DNA of 16,410 nucleotides from a virus (Duplodnaviria; Heunggongvirae; Uroviricota; Caudoviricetes): IMG/VR virus record IMGVR_UViG_2778261139_000010; one strand, 5' to 3'. Shown piece by piece: positions 7,095 to 14,949 of this stretch (position 1 is its first letter; each line of letters starts with the position of its first letter). The notes under the pieces were generated by a model. It saw only the letters and a program-made list of their open reading frames with translations, ran no database searches and was not told where the DNA came from. The position numbers and the translations under genes were made by a program.

Positions 7095-7343
7095 ATGGTA
7101 CATGACCGCATAGCGGAGGAACTCGAGGCAAAAGGCTTTTACCGGAGGGCGTCGGCGCGATGGGGTGAAGTCATGCAACTGGTGGAGACAGACAAGGAAC
7201 GGCATCAGGTTACGATGCGACGGCTGGAATGTTCCAGGAAGGCACAGAGGCCACCGGAGCCGCCAACGGAGAACTACGCAGACCTGAGAAATGCAGTAAA
7301 TCGCACTTACGCAGACATGGGGCTGAGCAAATTAGCAGAGTAG
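7095..7343 (+). CDS. PerC/Pch-family transcriptional regulator (short form)
   Basis: 82 aa MVHDRIAEELEAKGFYRRASARWGEVM...; the AEELEAKG-x-RRA-x-RW-x-EVM N-terminal signature is characteristic of PerC and its Pch homologues. SD GAGGGGG upstream. Confidence 0.65.
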   Translation: MVHDRIAEELEAKGFYRRASARWGEVMQLVETDKERHQVTMRRLECSRKAQRPPEPPTENYADLRNAVNRTYADMGLSKLAE

Positions 7344-7364
7344 GAATATCAGAACCACACCACG

Positions 7365-7396
7365 CAGCCGGAGCAATCCGGCTTTTTGTTATTTTT
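7365..7396 (+). terminator. Intrinsic terminator after the PerC-like gene
   Basis: AGCCGGA-gcaa-TCCGGCT hairpin followed by TTTTTGTTATTTTTTG. Confidence 0.7.
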
Positions 7397-7405
7397 TGTA
7401 AATTA

Positions 7406-7434
7406 TTTGTTCGTGGTTGTTCCACGTTGTTCAC
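7406..7434 (+). promoter_or_regulatory. Array B: three TTGTTC repeats phased at exactly 10 bp (7407, 7417, 7427), upstream of the late operon
   Basis: TTTGTTCGTGGTTGTTCCACGTTGTTCAC. The 15-mer TTGTTCCACGTTGTT recurs at 14812..14826. Confidence 0.55.
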
Positions 7435-7646
7435 TGAGCGGATCGGCATATTTTACCCGAACTGAATCATGATTATTCTCGCCCGTGGTGCCAGGACGCT
7501 GGGGCCACTTTCCCGCCTGTTAATGTGCCCGCCAATATTCATTACCAGGCGGGAAAACGATCGGTGCGATTACTGATTTCCTTATGAAAAACGGTTGAGT
7601 GTTTGCCGCGTCCTGGAGTTCCTTACTTAACCCCAGGACTTTTTTT

Positions 7647-8804
7647 ATGCAGAGAATAATCGAATTACGCCAGCAGAAAACCGCCATTAAAAATCAGATG
7701 CGCGACATGCTGGAGAACGCGGAAAAAGAAAACCGCAGTCTTAACGATGCTGAGGGCGCAAAATTTGACGAATTACGCGCTAAAGCTGAATCCCTCGATA
7801 AAGACATTTCCCGCCTTGAAGCCATTGCAGACGAAGAGCGCAGCAAGCCAGGTAAAAGCAGCCAGACCACTGACCCCGCAGAACTACGCAACTACATTCT
7901 GACCGGTGAAACCCGCGCATTAAGTACAGGCGTTCCCGCTGATGGTGGTTATACCGTTATCCCCGAGCTGAACACCGAAATCATGCGAATGCTGACGGAT
8001 GAATCCACCATGCGCCGCATCTGTACCGTGAAGAAAATCAGCAGCAACGAGTTTAAGCAGCTTGTTTCCGCTGGCGGTGCGACCGTTAACCACGGTGAAG
8101 AGGGTAAGGCACGCGAACAGACCAGCACCCCGCAGATTAACGAGGTGAGCATTAAGCTGTATCCGGTCTATGCGTACCCGCGCACCACACAGGAAATCGT
8201 GGATTTTTCCGATGTGGACATCCTTTCATGGCTGACGGGCGAGATTGGCGACACCTTCACGGAAACCGAAGAAAGCGATCTGGTTGTGGGCGACGGTGAC
8301 AAAAAAGCAAAAGGCTTTTTATCCGTACCCCGTGCAGAGAAGAACGACAAAGAGCGTGATTTTGGTACGTTGCAGGTAATTAAACCTTCCGAATCTCTGG
8401 CGTGGACATCTGCGGACCCGCTGATCGACCTGAAATTTGCATTACGTAAAAAATACCGCAAAAACGCGGTCTGGGTGGTTAACTCCACGACGGCGGCAAA
8501 ACTTCAGAAGGTGAAGAACGCGAACGGTGATTACATCTGGCGCGACCGTTTACAGGCGGGTGATCCTGATACGTTGCTGGGCCTTCCGGTCGAATATCTG
8601 GAGTTTATGCCTGATAACGTTATTGCCCTGGGTGACTTCAAACGCGGTTACTACATTGTTGATCACGAAACAGGTGTTCGCACCAGACCGGACAACCTCA
8701 CAGAGCCGGGCTTCATCAAAATTTTCACGCAAAAATATTTAGGCGGTGGCGTGGTGGATTCGAACGCGATCAAGATTCTGGAACTGCCACAGGACGACGA
8801 TTAA
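7647..8804 (+). CDS. Major capsid protein, HK97 fold, with N-terminal scaffold-like (delta) domain
   Basis: 385 aa from ATG 7647 (MQRIIELRQQ..., coiled-coil N-terminus typical of HK97-type capsid proteins). The ORF track's extension to GTG 7599 is possible. Followed by protease and portal. Confidence 0.8.
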   Translation: MQRIIELRQQKTAIKNQMRDMLENAEKENRSLNDAEGAKFDELRAKAESLDKDISRLEAIADEERSKPGKSSQTTDPAELRNYILTGETRALSTGVPADGGYTVIPELNTEIMRMLTDESTMRRICTVKKISSNEFKQLVSAGGATVNHGEEGKAREQTSTPQINEVSIKLYPVYAYPRTTQEIVDFSDVDILSWLTGEIGDTFTETEESDLVVGDGDKKAKGFLSVPRAEKNDKERDFGTLQVIKPSESLAWTSADPLIDLKFALRKKYRKNAVWVVNSTTAAKLQKVKNANGDYIWRDRLQAGDPDTLLGLPVEYLEFMPDNVIALGDFKRGYYIVDHETGVRTRPDNLTEPGFIKIFTQKYLGGGVVDSNAIKILELPQDDD

Positions 8805-8814
8805 CAGCATACAG

Positions 8815-8843
8815 AAGGGGCTTAAAAGCCCCTTTAGTGTTTT
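8815..8843 (+). terminator. Hairpin plus T-tract after the capsid gene (possible partial terminator or attenuator)
   Basis: AAGGGGCTT-aa-AAGCCCCTT followed by TAGTGTTTT. Confidence 0.55.
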
Positions 8844-8858
8844 ATGGGTGAAAAAATT

Positions 8859-9416
8859 ATGAAGAGTATGGAAATCCGGTCATCGGAAATCACCACCAGC
8901 GGAGCCGGTACGCTGACGGGCTACGTTGTTCGCTGGGATAAGCTTTCAGAACTGTTATGGGGTGAGTTTTACGAAAAATTCCAGCGGGGGGCGTTTACTG
9001 AATGGCTTGCGGCGGGTAATGACGTTCGCGGCCTGTATGAGCATGACCACAGTATGTTACTGGGGCGCACCCGTTCCGGCACGCTGAAACTGGAAGAGGA
9101 CGAAACAGGGTTACGCTTTGAACTGACCCCACCGGATACCAGTACAGGGCGCGACGTTATCGAACTGGTTAAGCGTGGGGACATCTCGGGGATGAGCTTT
9201 GGCTTTCGCTCCCGTAAGGATGTATGGGATACCATAACAGATCCATGCGTGCGCACCGTGCTGGTGGCGGAACTGTACGAAATTACCGTTACATCGGTAC
9301 CGGCTTACCCCGATTCCGGCGTGGAGCTGGCCCGCCGTTCCCTGTATGAGCAGCACCCCGAAAAAATGCCGCGTGCGGATAATCGCCGCTGGTGGGTGGA
9401 TTTAGCGGGGGTGTGA
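8859..9416 (+). CDS. Prohead maturation protease, HK97 family
   Basis: About 185 aa; position between capsid and portal; sequence pattern consistent with HK97-type prohead proteases. Start ATG 8859 preferred over 8844 (GGTGA SD). Confidence 0.75.
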   Translation: MKSMEIRSSEITTSGAGTLTGYVVRWDKLSELLWGEFYEKFQRGAFTEWLAAGNDVRGLYEHDHSMLLGRTRSGTLKLEEDETGLRFELTPPDTSTGRDVIELVKRGDISGMSFGFRSRKDVWDTITDPCVRTVLVAELYEITVTSVPAYPDSGVELARRSLYEQHPEKMPRADNRRWWVDLAGV

Positions 9417-9417
9417 T

Positions 9418-10629
9418 ATGTGGCTTTTCAGAAGAAAAAAAGAGCAGCGCAGCATGACGCTTGATGAATTTATGGCGCTGGCTGGCACATCGAACACGGG
9501 GGCGGGTGAGTACGTATCATCGGGGACAGCGGAATCACTGCCCGCCGTCATGAACGCCGTGACGGTCATCTCTGAGGCGGTGGCTACCATGCCGTGTTAC
9601 CTGTACCTGGTACGCAATGAGAAGGGGAAGGAGGCCCGCGAGTGGCTTGATTCTCATCCGGTCGATCACATCCTCAACGAGCGCCCGAACGCGTGGCAGA
9701 CTCCCTACCAGTTTAAGCGAATGATGATCCGCCACTGCCTGTTAAACGGTAATGCTTATGCGGTGATTCAGTGGGGGCGTGATGGTTTTCCGGTGGCTTT
9801 ACATCCTTACCCGCCGCAGTCGGTGAACGTGGAGCAGACAGGCGAACACAACTGGCGCTACTGCATCACTGACGCTTACACCGGAAACACCCACAACTAT
9901 TTACCGTGGGAAGTACTTCACCTTCGTTACTCCACGGATGACGGCTTTATGGGGCGCTCACCTGTAACCATCTGCCGCGAATCGCTGGGGCTTGGGCTGG
10001 CCCAACAACGCCACGGCGCGAGCGTGATGCGTGATGGCATGATGGCGGCAGGGGTTATCACGTCAGGCGAATGGCTGGACGGCGTGAAGGGCAAACAGGC
10101 ATTAGCCGCACTGGAACGCTACAAAGGGGCCAGAAACGCCGGAAAAACGCCCATCCTTGAAGGGGGTATGAGCTATCAGCAGCTGGGCATGAGTAATCAG
10201 GATGCTGAATGGCTGGCCTCCCGTCGCTTCACCATTGAAGACATCGCCCGAATGTTCAACGTCTCGCCGATTTTTTTGCAGGAATACAGCAACAGCACCT
10301 ACAGCAATTTCAGCGAGGCAAGCCGCGCATTTCTCACCATGACGATGCGCCCGTGGCTGGCGAACTTTGAGCAGCAGATAAAAAACGCCCTGCTGGTGGC
10401 CTCGCCTGTACCTGGTATCCGGTATCAGGTGGAGTTTGACAGCGCGGACCTGTTACGGGCCACACCTGGCGAACGCTTTGCCACCTATGAGCGCGGCATC
10501 AAATCCGGCGTTATGTGTCCGAACGAAGCCCGCGAACGTGAAGGACTGTCCCCGCGTGATGGTGGTGATGAGTTCAGCCAGGCATGGAAACAGGAAGTAA
10601 AAATCAGCGAGGGAGAAAAACCGGAATGA
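9418..10629 (+). CDS. Portal protein, HK97 family
   Basis: 403 aa; size, position and sequence consistent with HK97-family portal; start 1 nt after the protease stop. Confidence 0.8.
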   Translation: MWLFRRKKEQRSMTLDEFMALAGTSNTGAGEYVSSGTAESLPAVMNAVTVISEAVATMPCYLYLVRNEKGKEAREWLDSHPVDHILNERPNAWQTPYQFKRMMIRHCLLNGNAYAVIQWGRDGFPVALHPYPPQSVNVEQTGEHNWRYCITDAYTGNTHNYLPWEVLHLRYSTDDGFMGRSPVTICRESLGLGLAQQRHGASVMRDGMMAAGVITSGEWLDGVKGKQALAALERYKGARNAGKTPILEGGMSYQQLGMSNQDAEWLASRRFTIEDIARMFNVSPIFLQEYSNSTYSNFSEASRAFLTMTMRPWLANFEQQIKNALLVASPVPGIRYQVEFDSADLLRATPGERFATYERGIKSGVMCPNEAREREGLSPRDGGDEFSQAWKQEVKISEGEKPE

Positions 10630-10964
10630 ACATAGGGCGACTGCGTGACAGGATAACGATTCAGACCCTGAAACAGACCAGGGATATAACCGGCGAAATA
10701 CTCGAAACGTGGGAGGACGGTCACACACTCTGGGCAAGCGTGAACATGGTCAGCAGCAAGGAGGCCATTTCATCGGGTGCAGAGCTGGCGATTGGTACCG
10801 TAAGGATCTGGATACGGTACCGGAAGGACATCAACGCCACCAGCCGGATAAAGGTCAGTACGGGGCCGCTGGCGGGGCGTGTACTGAATATCATCGGGCA
10901 GCCGCTGCCGGATGCCGCCAGGACACGCCTTGAAATTCTTTGTCGTGAGGGCGCGGAAAAATGA
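10626..10964 (+). CDS. Head-closure / head-tail joining protein
   Basis: 112 aa from ATG 10626 (ATGA overlap with the portal stop); pattern of small head-tail joining proteins (IWIRYRKDI...). Confidence 0.65.
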   Translation: MNIGRLRDRITIQTLKQTRDITGEILETWEDGHTLWASVNMVSSKEAISSGAELAIGTVRIWIRYRKDINATSRIKVSTGPLAGRVLNIIGQPLPDAARTRLEILCREGAEK

Positions 10965-11257
10965 CAGAAGAACTTATCACCCTGGAAGAAGTGAAACTCC
11001 ATTGCCGCATCGATGGCGACGAGGAAGACCAGTTAATCAGCGGATACATTGCCGCATCGCTTGAGGCGTGCCAGATACACATAGGCAGGCGCTTTGATGA
11101 CGGGCTGGAGTTCACGCCAGCCATAAAGATTGGCTGCATGATGTTTATCGCTCACCTGTATGAGAATCGCCAGATTGTCGCGGATAACGCAAAAACACGC
11201 GTACCCATGACGATTGGCGCACTCTGGACGGCTTACCGTGATGTGGGGGTGTACTGA
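10961..11257 (+). CDS. gp6-like head-tail connector protein
   Basis: 98 aa, MTEELITLEEVKLHCRIDGDEEDQLISGYIAAS... typical of gp6-like connectors; ATGA overlap with the upstream stop. Confidence 0.7.
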   Translation: MTEELITLEEVKLHCRIDGDEEDQLISGYIAASLEACQIHIGRRFDDGLEFTPAIKIGCMMFIAHLYENRQIVADNAKTRVPMTIGALWTAYRDVGVY

Positions 11258-11697
11258 TGCCGTGGCAACCATTAAGACGATGCACAGAACCAGGCTGTAA
11301 CAGGCGCGTTAAATCCGGCAAGTGTGAGGAGCACAGGCGGGCGGCATGGCGTGCAGAGGATGCCAGACGAGGACACCGCCGCGCGCGTGGATATTCCAGA
11401 CAGTGGGACAAATACCGCGCCATGTATCTGAGTAAAAACCCGTTATGCGTGCGATGCCTTGAGAAGGGGATATATACGCCCGCCGTGGTGGTGGATCACA
11501 TTATCCCGATTAATGGCGGTGATGATGTTCTCTTCTGGCCCGAATGGAACCATCAACCATTGTGCCAGGCGTGTCATAACCAGAAAACGAAATGGCTTGA
11601 TCCGGCAACAAAAAGCAAGCGTGCCGCAGGTGGATTTCGTGAAGAGGAAGAACGGGCCGCTAACCGCAATAACTGGATGTATGACGCTGATGAATGA
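11257..11697 (+). CDS. HNH endonuclease, terminase-associated
   Basis: 146 aa; Cys-rich N-terminus, HNH core DHIIPINGG...NHQPLCQACHNQKT. Position next to TerS/TerL is typical of cos-type packaging. Confidence 0.85.
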   Translation: MPWQPLRRCTEPGCNRRVKSGKCEEHRRAAWRAEDARRGHRRARGYSRQWDKYRAMYLSKNPLCVRCLEKGIYTPAVVVDHIIPINGGDDVLFWPEWNHQPLCQACHNQKTKWLDPATKSKRAAGGFREEEERAANRNNWMYDADE

Positions 11698-11863
11698 GCG
11701 GGAGCAAAACCGCCTTATCCGTGGACTTATAAGGCAGCGTGACGCATGGAAGACACAGGAAACAGGGCATAAAGATAAAGCGTCAGGACGCGCAGAACGC
11801 ATCACAGCGAAGCGATTAACCGACCGTGACCGCGAGGTTATGGAATGTTTCCGCAATCGCTGA
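11681..11863 (+). CDS. Hypothetical small basic protein between HNH and TerS
   Basis: About 60 aa from ATG 11681, overlapping the HNH stop. No family recognised. Confidence 0.4.
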   Translation: MTLMNEREQNRLIRGLIRQRDAWKTQETGHKDKASGRAERITAKRLTDRDREVMECFRNR

Positions 11864-11986
11864 TGAGGCTGTATGACGGGGTGGGGGGCGTTTTCAGGAC
11901 AAACCCGACCCCGCCGGGCACCGAACGCCTCCTCAAATTTTTATGCACGGGAATTTTTTGAAAAATAATCTGGCGAAAAAATAAGC
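11864..11986. other. Candidate packaging (cos) region: GC-rich block followed by an AT-rich tract upstream of TerS
   Basis: GACGGGGTGGGGGGCG...CCCGACCCCGCCGGGC then TTTTTATGCACGGGAATTTTTTGAAAAATAATCTGGCGAAAAAATAAG. Assignment is positional inference only. Confidence 0.3.
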
Positions 11987-12343
11987 ATGGCAAGACCACC
12001 GAAAGCCCCCGCCTACCTGGATGATATCGCCGTGAAGCAGTGGCGGGAAAAATCGCGGCAGCTTGCGGAACGGGGAGACCTGACCCCCGCCGACTGGAGC
12101 AATCTGGAACTGTATTGTGTCAACTACTCCATTTACCGGAAAGCCGTTGCAGACCTTGCGGCGCGCGGGTTCAGCATTGTTAACAGTCAGGGCGGCGAGA
12201 GCAGAAACCCCGCATTAAGCGCAAAATCCGACGCTGAAAGAGTGATGATAAAAATGGCCTCCTTGCTCGGTTTTGACCCGATAAGCCGCCGTAAAAATCC
12301 ACCGGAAACAGAAGAAGAGGACGAGCTTGACCGCCTGGAATAA
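11987..12343 (+). CDS. Terminase small subunit, P27 family
   Basis: 118 aa, MARPPKAPAYLDD...NLELYCVNYSIYRKA pattern typical of P27-family small terminases; overlaps the TerL start. Confidence 0.8.
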   Translation: MARPPKAPAYLDDIAVKQWREKSRQLAERGDLTPADWSNLELYCVNYSIYRKAVADLAARGFSIVNSQGGESRNPALSAKSDAERVMIKMASLLGFDPISRRKNPPETEEEDELDRLE

Positions 12344-13988
12344 GTACGCAGAAGACGTAAAAACGGGCAAAATTCCGGCCTGTAAACGGCTGAAACAGGC
12401 CGTTAAACGGTACTTTTCGGACCTTGAAAGCCCCCTTTACACGTTCGATCGTGAGGTTGTGGAGCGGTTTATTGCCTTTTCCAGGGTGTGCCCGCACGTA
12501 AAAGGGCCGATGCGTGGCAGACCCATTGAGCTGGAGCCGTGGCAGCAGTTCGCCTTTGCGTGCATCCTCGGCTTTAAGGTTAAGGCCACCGGACGGCGCA
12601 AATACACGAGCGCCTTTATCGAAGTGCCGCGCAAAAATGCGAAATCCACGACCGCCGCGATTCTGGCTAACTGGTTTCTGATTATGGAGAACGGGCAGCA
12701 GGATATTTACACCGCAGCGGTGAGCCGTGACCAGGCGCGGATCGTTTTTGATGATGCGCGTCAGATGTGCCTTTTATCCCGACCGTTACGCAGGCGGGTG
12801 AATATTCAGGCCCACAAGGTGATGCACCCGAAAAGCAACAGCCTGTTAAAGCCGCTGGCAGCAAAAGCGGCAACCATCGAGGGCACAAACCCAAGCCTTT
12901 CCATCGTGGACGAATACCACCTACACCCCGATAACGGCGTTTATTCCGCGCTTGAGCTGGGGATGGGCGCACGTCCCGAAGGGCTGTTATTTGCCATTAC
13001 CACATCGGGCAGTAACGTCGTTTCAGCCTGTAAGCAGCACTATGATTATTGCTGCCAGATCCTGGACGGCGAAGAGGTCAACGATTCAATTTTTGTACTG
13101 ATTTACGAACTGGACGACGAAAACGAGGTTGATGATCCGGCGATGTGGATAAAGGCTAACCCTAACATCGATGTTTCCGTGGTTCGTGAAAAACTGGCCT
13201 CAACCATCCAGAAAGCGCGGGGTATTCCGTCGCAATGGGTGGAGATGATGACAAAGCGATTTAATATCTGGTGCCAGGGGGCTACCCCGTGGATGGGTAA
13301 CGGCGCATGGGCTGAGTGTGCCGGAACGTTCACGGAGGAAGATTTACACGGGCAGGAGTGTTACGCGGGGCTGGACTTATCATCAACCAGCGATATTTCC
13401 AGCGTGTGCTATGCCTTTCCGGTCGGTAAAAATATCATGCTGGTTTCCCGTCATTATCTGCCGGAGTTCCAGCTACAGAACCCCGCCAATAAAAACCGCG
13501 CTGTCTATCGCCAGTGGGCTAAAGCGGGCTGGATACGCACAACGCCAGGTGACTGCATTGATTACGACCGGATCAGAGATGACATCATGCAGGATGCGGA
13601 GAAATTTAATATCAGGCTGGTGGGCTTTGATACGTGGAACGCCACGCATCTCAGGACGCAATTACAGGGGGCAGGCTTTGAGGTGGAGCCGTTCCCGCAA
13701 ACCTACCTCAGATTCAGTCCGGCGGCGAAATCGTTCGAAGTTTTTGTTAACCGCAGGGTGATTGTGCATCGTGGCGATCCGGTGTTGTCCTGGTCGATGA
13801 GTAACGTCGTGATGCAGAGTGACGCGAACGCCAATATCAAGCCGAACAAGAAAAAATCACCGAACAAGATAGACCCGAGCGTGGCGGCGCTGATGGCGTT
13901 TGGTACATTCCAGGCAGAGCATGAGGATTTTGCTTTTGATATAAGCGACAGCCACCGCCAGAAACTGGAAGAATTTAGCGGGGTGTAA
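12327..13988 (+). CDS. Terminase large subunit
   Basis: 553 aa; TTG start with AAGAGG SD; size and position consistent with a large terminase (ATPase plus nuclease). Confidence 0.85.
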   Translation: MTAWNKYAEDVKTGKIPACKRLKQAVKRYFSDLESPLYTFDREVVERFIAFSRVCPHVKGPMRGRPIELEPWQQFAFACILGFKVKATGRRKYTSAFIEVPRKNAKSTTAAILANWFLIMENGQQDIYTAAVSRDQARIVFDDARQMCLLSRPLRRRVNIQAHKVMHPKSNSLLKPLAAKAATIEGTNPSLSIVDEYHLHPDNGVYSALELGMGARPEGLLFAITTSGSNVVSACKQHYDYCCQILDGEEVNDSIFVLIYELDDENEVDDPAMWIKANPNIDVSVVREKLASTIQKARGIPSQWVEMMTKRFNIWCQGATPWMGNGAWAECAGTFTEEDLHGQECYAGLDLSSTSDISSVCYAFPVGKNIMLVSRHYLPEFQLQNPANKNRAVYRQWAKAGWIRTTPGDCIDYDRIRDDIMQDAEKFNIRLVGFDTWNATHLRTQLQGAGFEVEPFPQTYLRFSPAAKSFEVFVNRRVIVHRGDPVLSWSMSNVVMQSDANANIKPNKKKSPNKIDPSVAALMAFGTFQAEHEDFAFDISDSHRQKLEEFSGV

Positions 13989-14001
13989 TGAGGTCAGCAG
14001 C

Positions 14002-14283
14002 ATGACAGAAGCCGAAATACTGCGATTAATCCGCCGCGTCTCTGGAATCAGCCAGCAGGCTGACGAACAGACCACGCAGCCGGACAGCGTGACAGCCGAA
14101 AATTATGCGCGTGTTGTTGCTGAGGTGATGCGCCGTGATGGTATCCAGCTTAATGATGCGGATATGCGCGACATACGGATCCGCGTTCTGGAAATGCTGG
14201 CCTACAATCGCCGCGTTGAACTGTATCGGGAGAAGGAGAAAATCCCGTACCACTGGAAGAAGCCGGAGCGGTTACGGCGGTAA
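14002..14283 (+). CDS. Hypothetical protein, last gene of the late operon
   Basis: 93 aa; GAGG SD; no family recognised. Confidence 0.5.
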   Translation: MTEAEILRLIRRVSGISQQADEQTTQPDSVTAENYARVVAEVMRRDGIQLNDADMRDIRIRVLEMLAYNRRVELYREKEKIPYHWKKPERLRR

Positions 14284-14484
14284 CTTGTTGATTAAAAGGC
14301 GGCTCAATTCTGAGCTGGGTAGCTGACGGCGGTAACTGTTTTATATTCCCGATAGCGCAAAAATGCGCGGTCGGGCAGAATGACCACCACCTCAATCGTG
14401 ACGGAGAGTGACAACCAGTGACACACCGTGACAAAAAGACGGTTTAACCGTTCATTAAAAATCGACGTGATTTTGTGCTTTCCG

Positions 14485-14510
14485 GATGACGTGGCCAACG
14501 TCATTTTTTA
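14485..14510 (+). terminator. Intrinsic terminator closing the late operon
   Basis: ATGACG-tggccaa-CGTCAT followed by TTTTTTA. Confidence 0.55.
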
Positions 14511-14801
14511 GCGAAAAATTCTGATTAAGGTCACTGGCTGAATGGTCATAATGACCACGCAGACCATCGAGGCAACCATAGCGATCATCGTTACGGTTGG
14601 AGCTTTTCCGCCATTGGTGGAAAAGGTGCACATCTGGATCATCATTACGGTGATCAAGGGTATGTAAAACCCACCAGCCTGATTAAAGGTTAACCGGAAA
14701 AAAAATCCGGTAGCCCCGTTATGGGGATCCCCATATCGACATTAACGCCCCTCATGAATTGGTGCGCTTCCCCCTGGAAAGATTACCCGCCTGTATATAT
14801 C

Positions 14802-14830
14802 TTGTGTCTATTTGTTCCACGTTGTTTCAT
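14802..14830 (+). promoter_or_regulatory. Array C: phased TTGTGTC / TTGTTCC / TTGTTTC repeats (14802, 14812, 14823) near the right end
   Basis: Contains TTGTTCCACGTTGTT, identical to 7417..7431. Confidence 0.5.
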
Positions 14831-14949
14831 ACAGTGCACCGAACGGTGTAGTTAATGGTGTAGTCAATTTGCGATTTTTGGCACTTTTTCAATGATAATT
14901 GTTTAATTAAATCAATGGCTTGACCTGGTGTAGTGATAAAAGGACATAT

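Larger units (their letters stand above)
1..14949. mobile_element. Integrated phage satellite / chromosomal island with its own head and packaging genes but no tail or lysis genes (cf-PICI-like); left end clipped at the int start codon, right junction somewhere in 14831..14949
   Basis: Contiguous int, alpA, rep plus iterons, HK97 head module and HNH-TerS-TerL, flanked on the right by host phoQ. No tail or lysis genes anywhere in the window. Confidence 0.75.

Noticed and set aside
10584-10625. Upstream start (ATG 10584) for the head-closure gene
   Set aside because: It would overlap the portal gene by 46 nt. ATG 10626 gives the usual ATGA stop-start coupling and the N-terminus MNIGRLRDRITIQ.
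7694-11423. Multiple short minus-strand ORFs across the late operon (for example 7694..7891, 8168..8488, 8969..9256, 10453..10737, 11145..11423)
   Set aside because: All are antisense to tightly coupled, recognisable head and packaging genes.
14284-14949. tRNA gene as integration target
   Set aside because: No cloverleaf-compatible sequence or T-loop-like GTTCGAATC/GTTCAAATC motif found by eye on either strand. Manual scanning is not exhaustive, so tRNAscan or ARAGORN should confirm.
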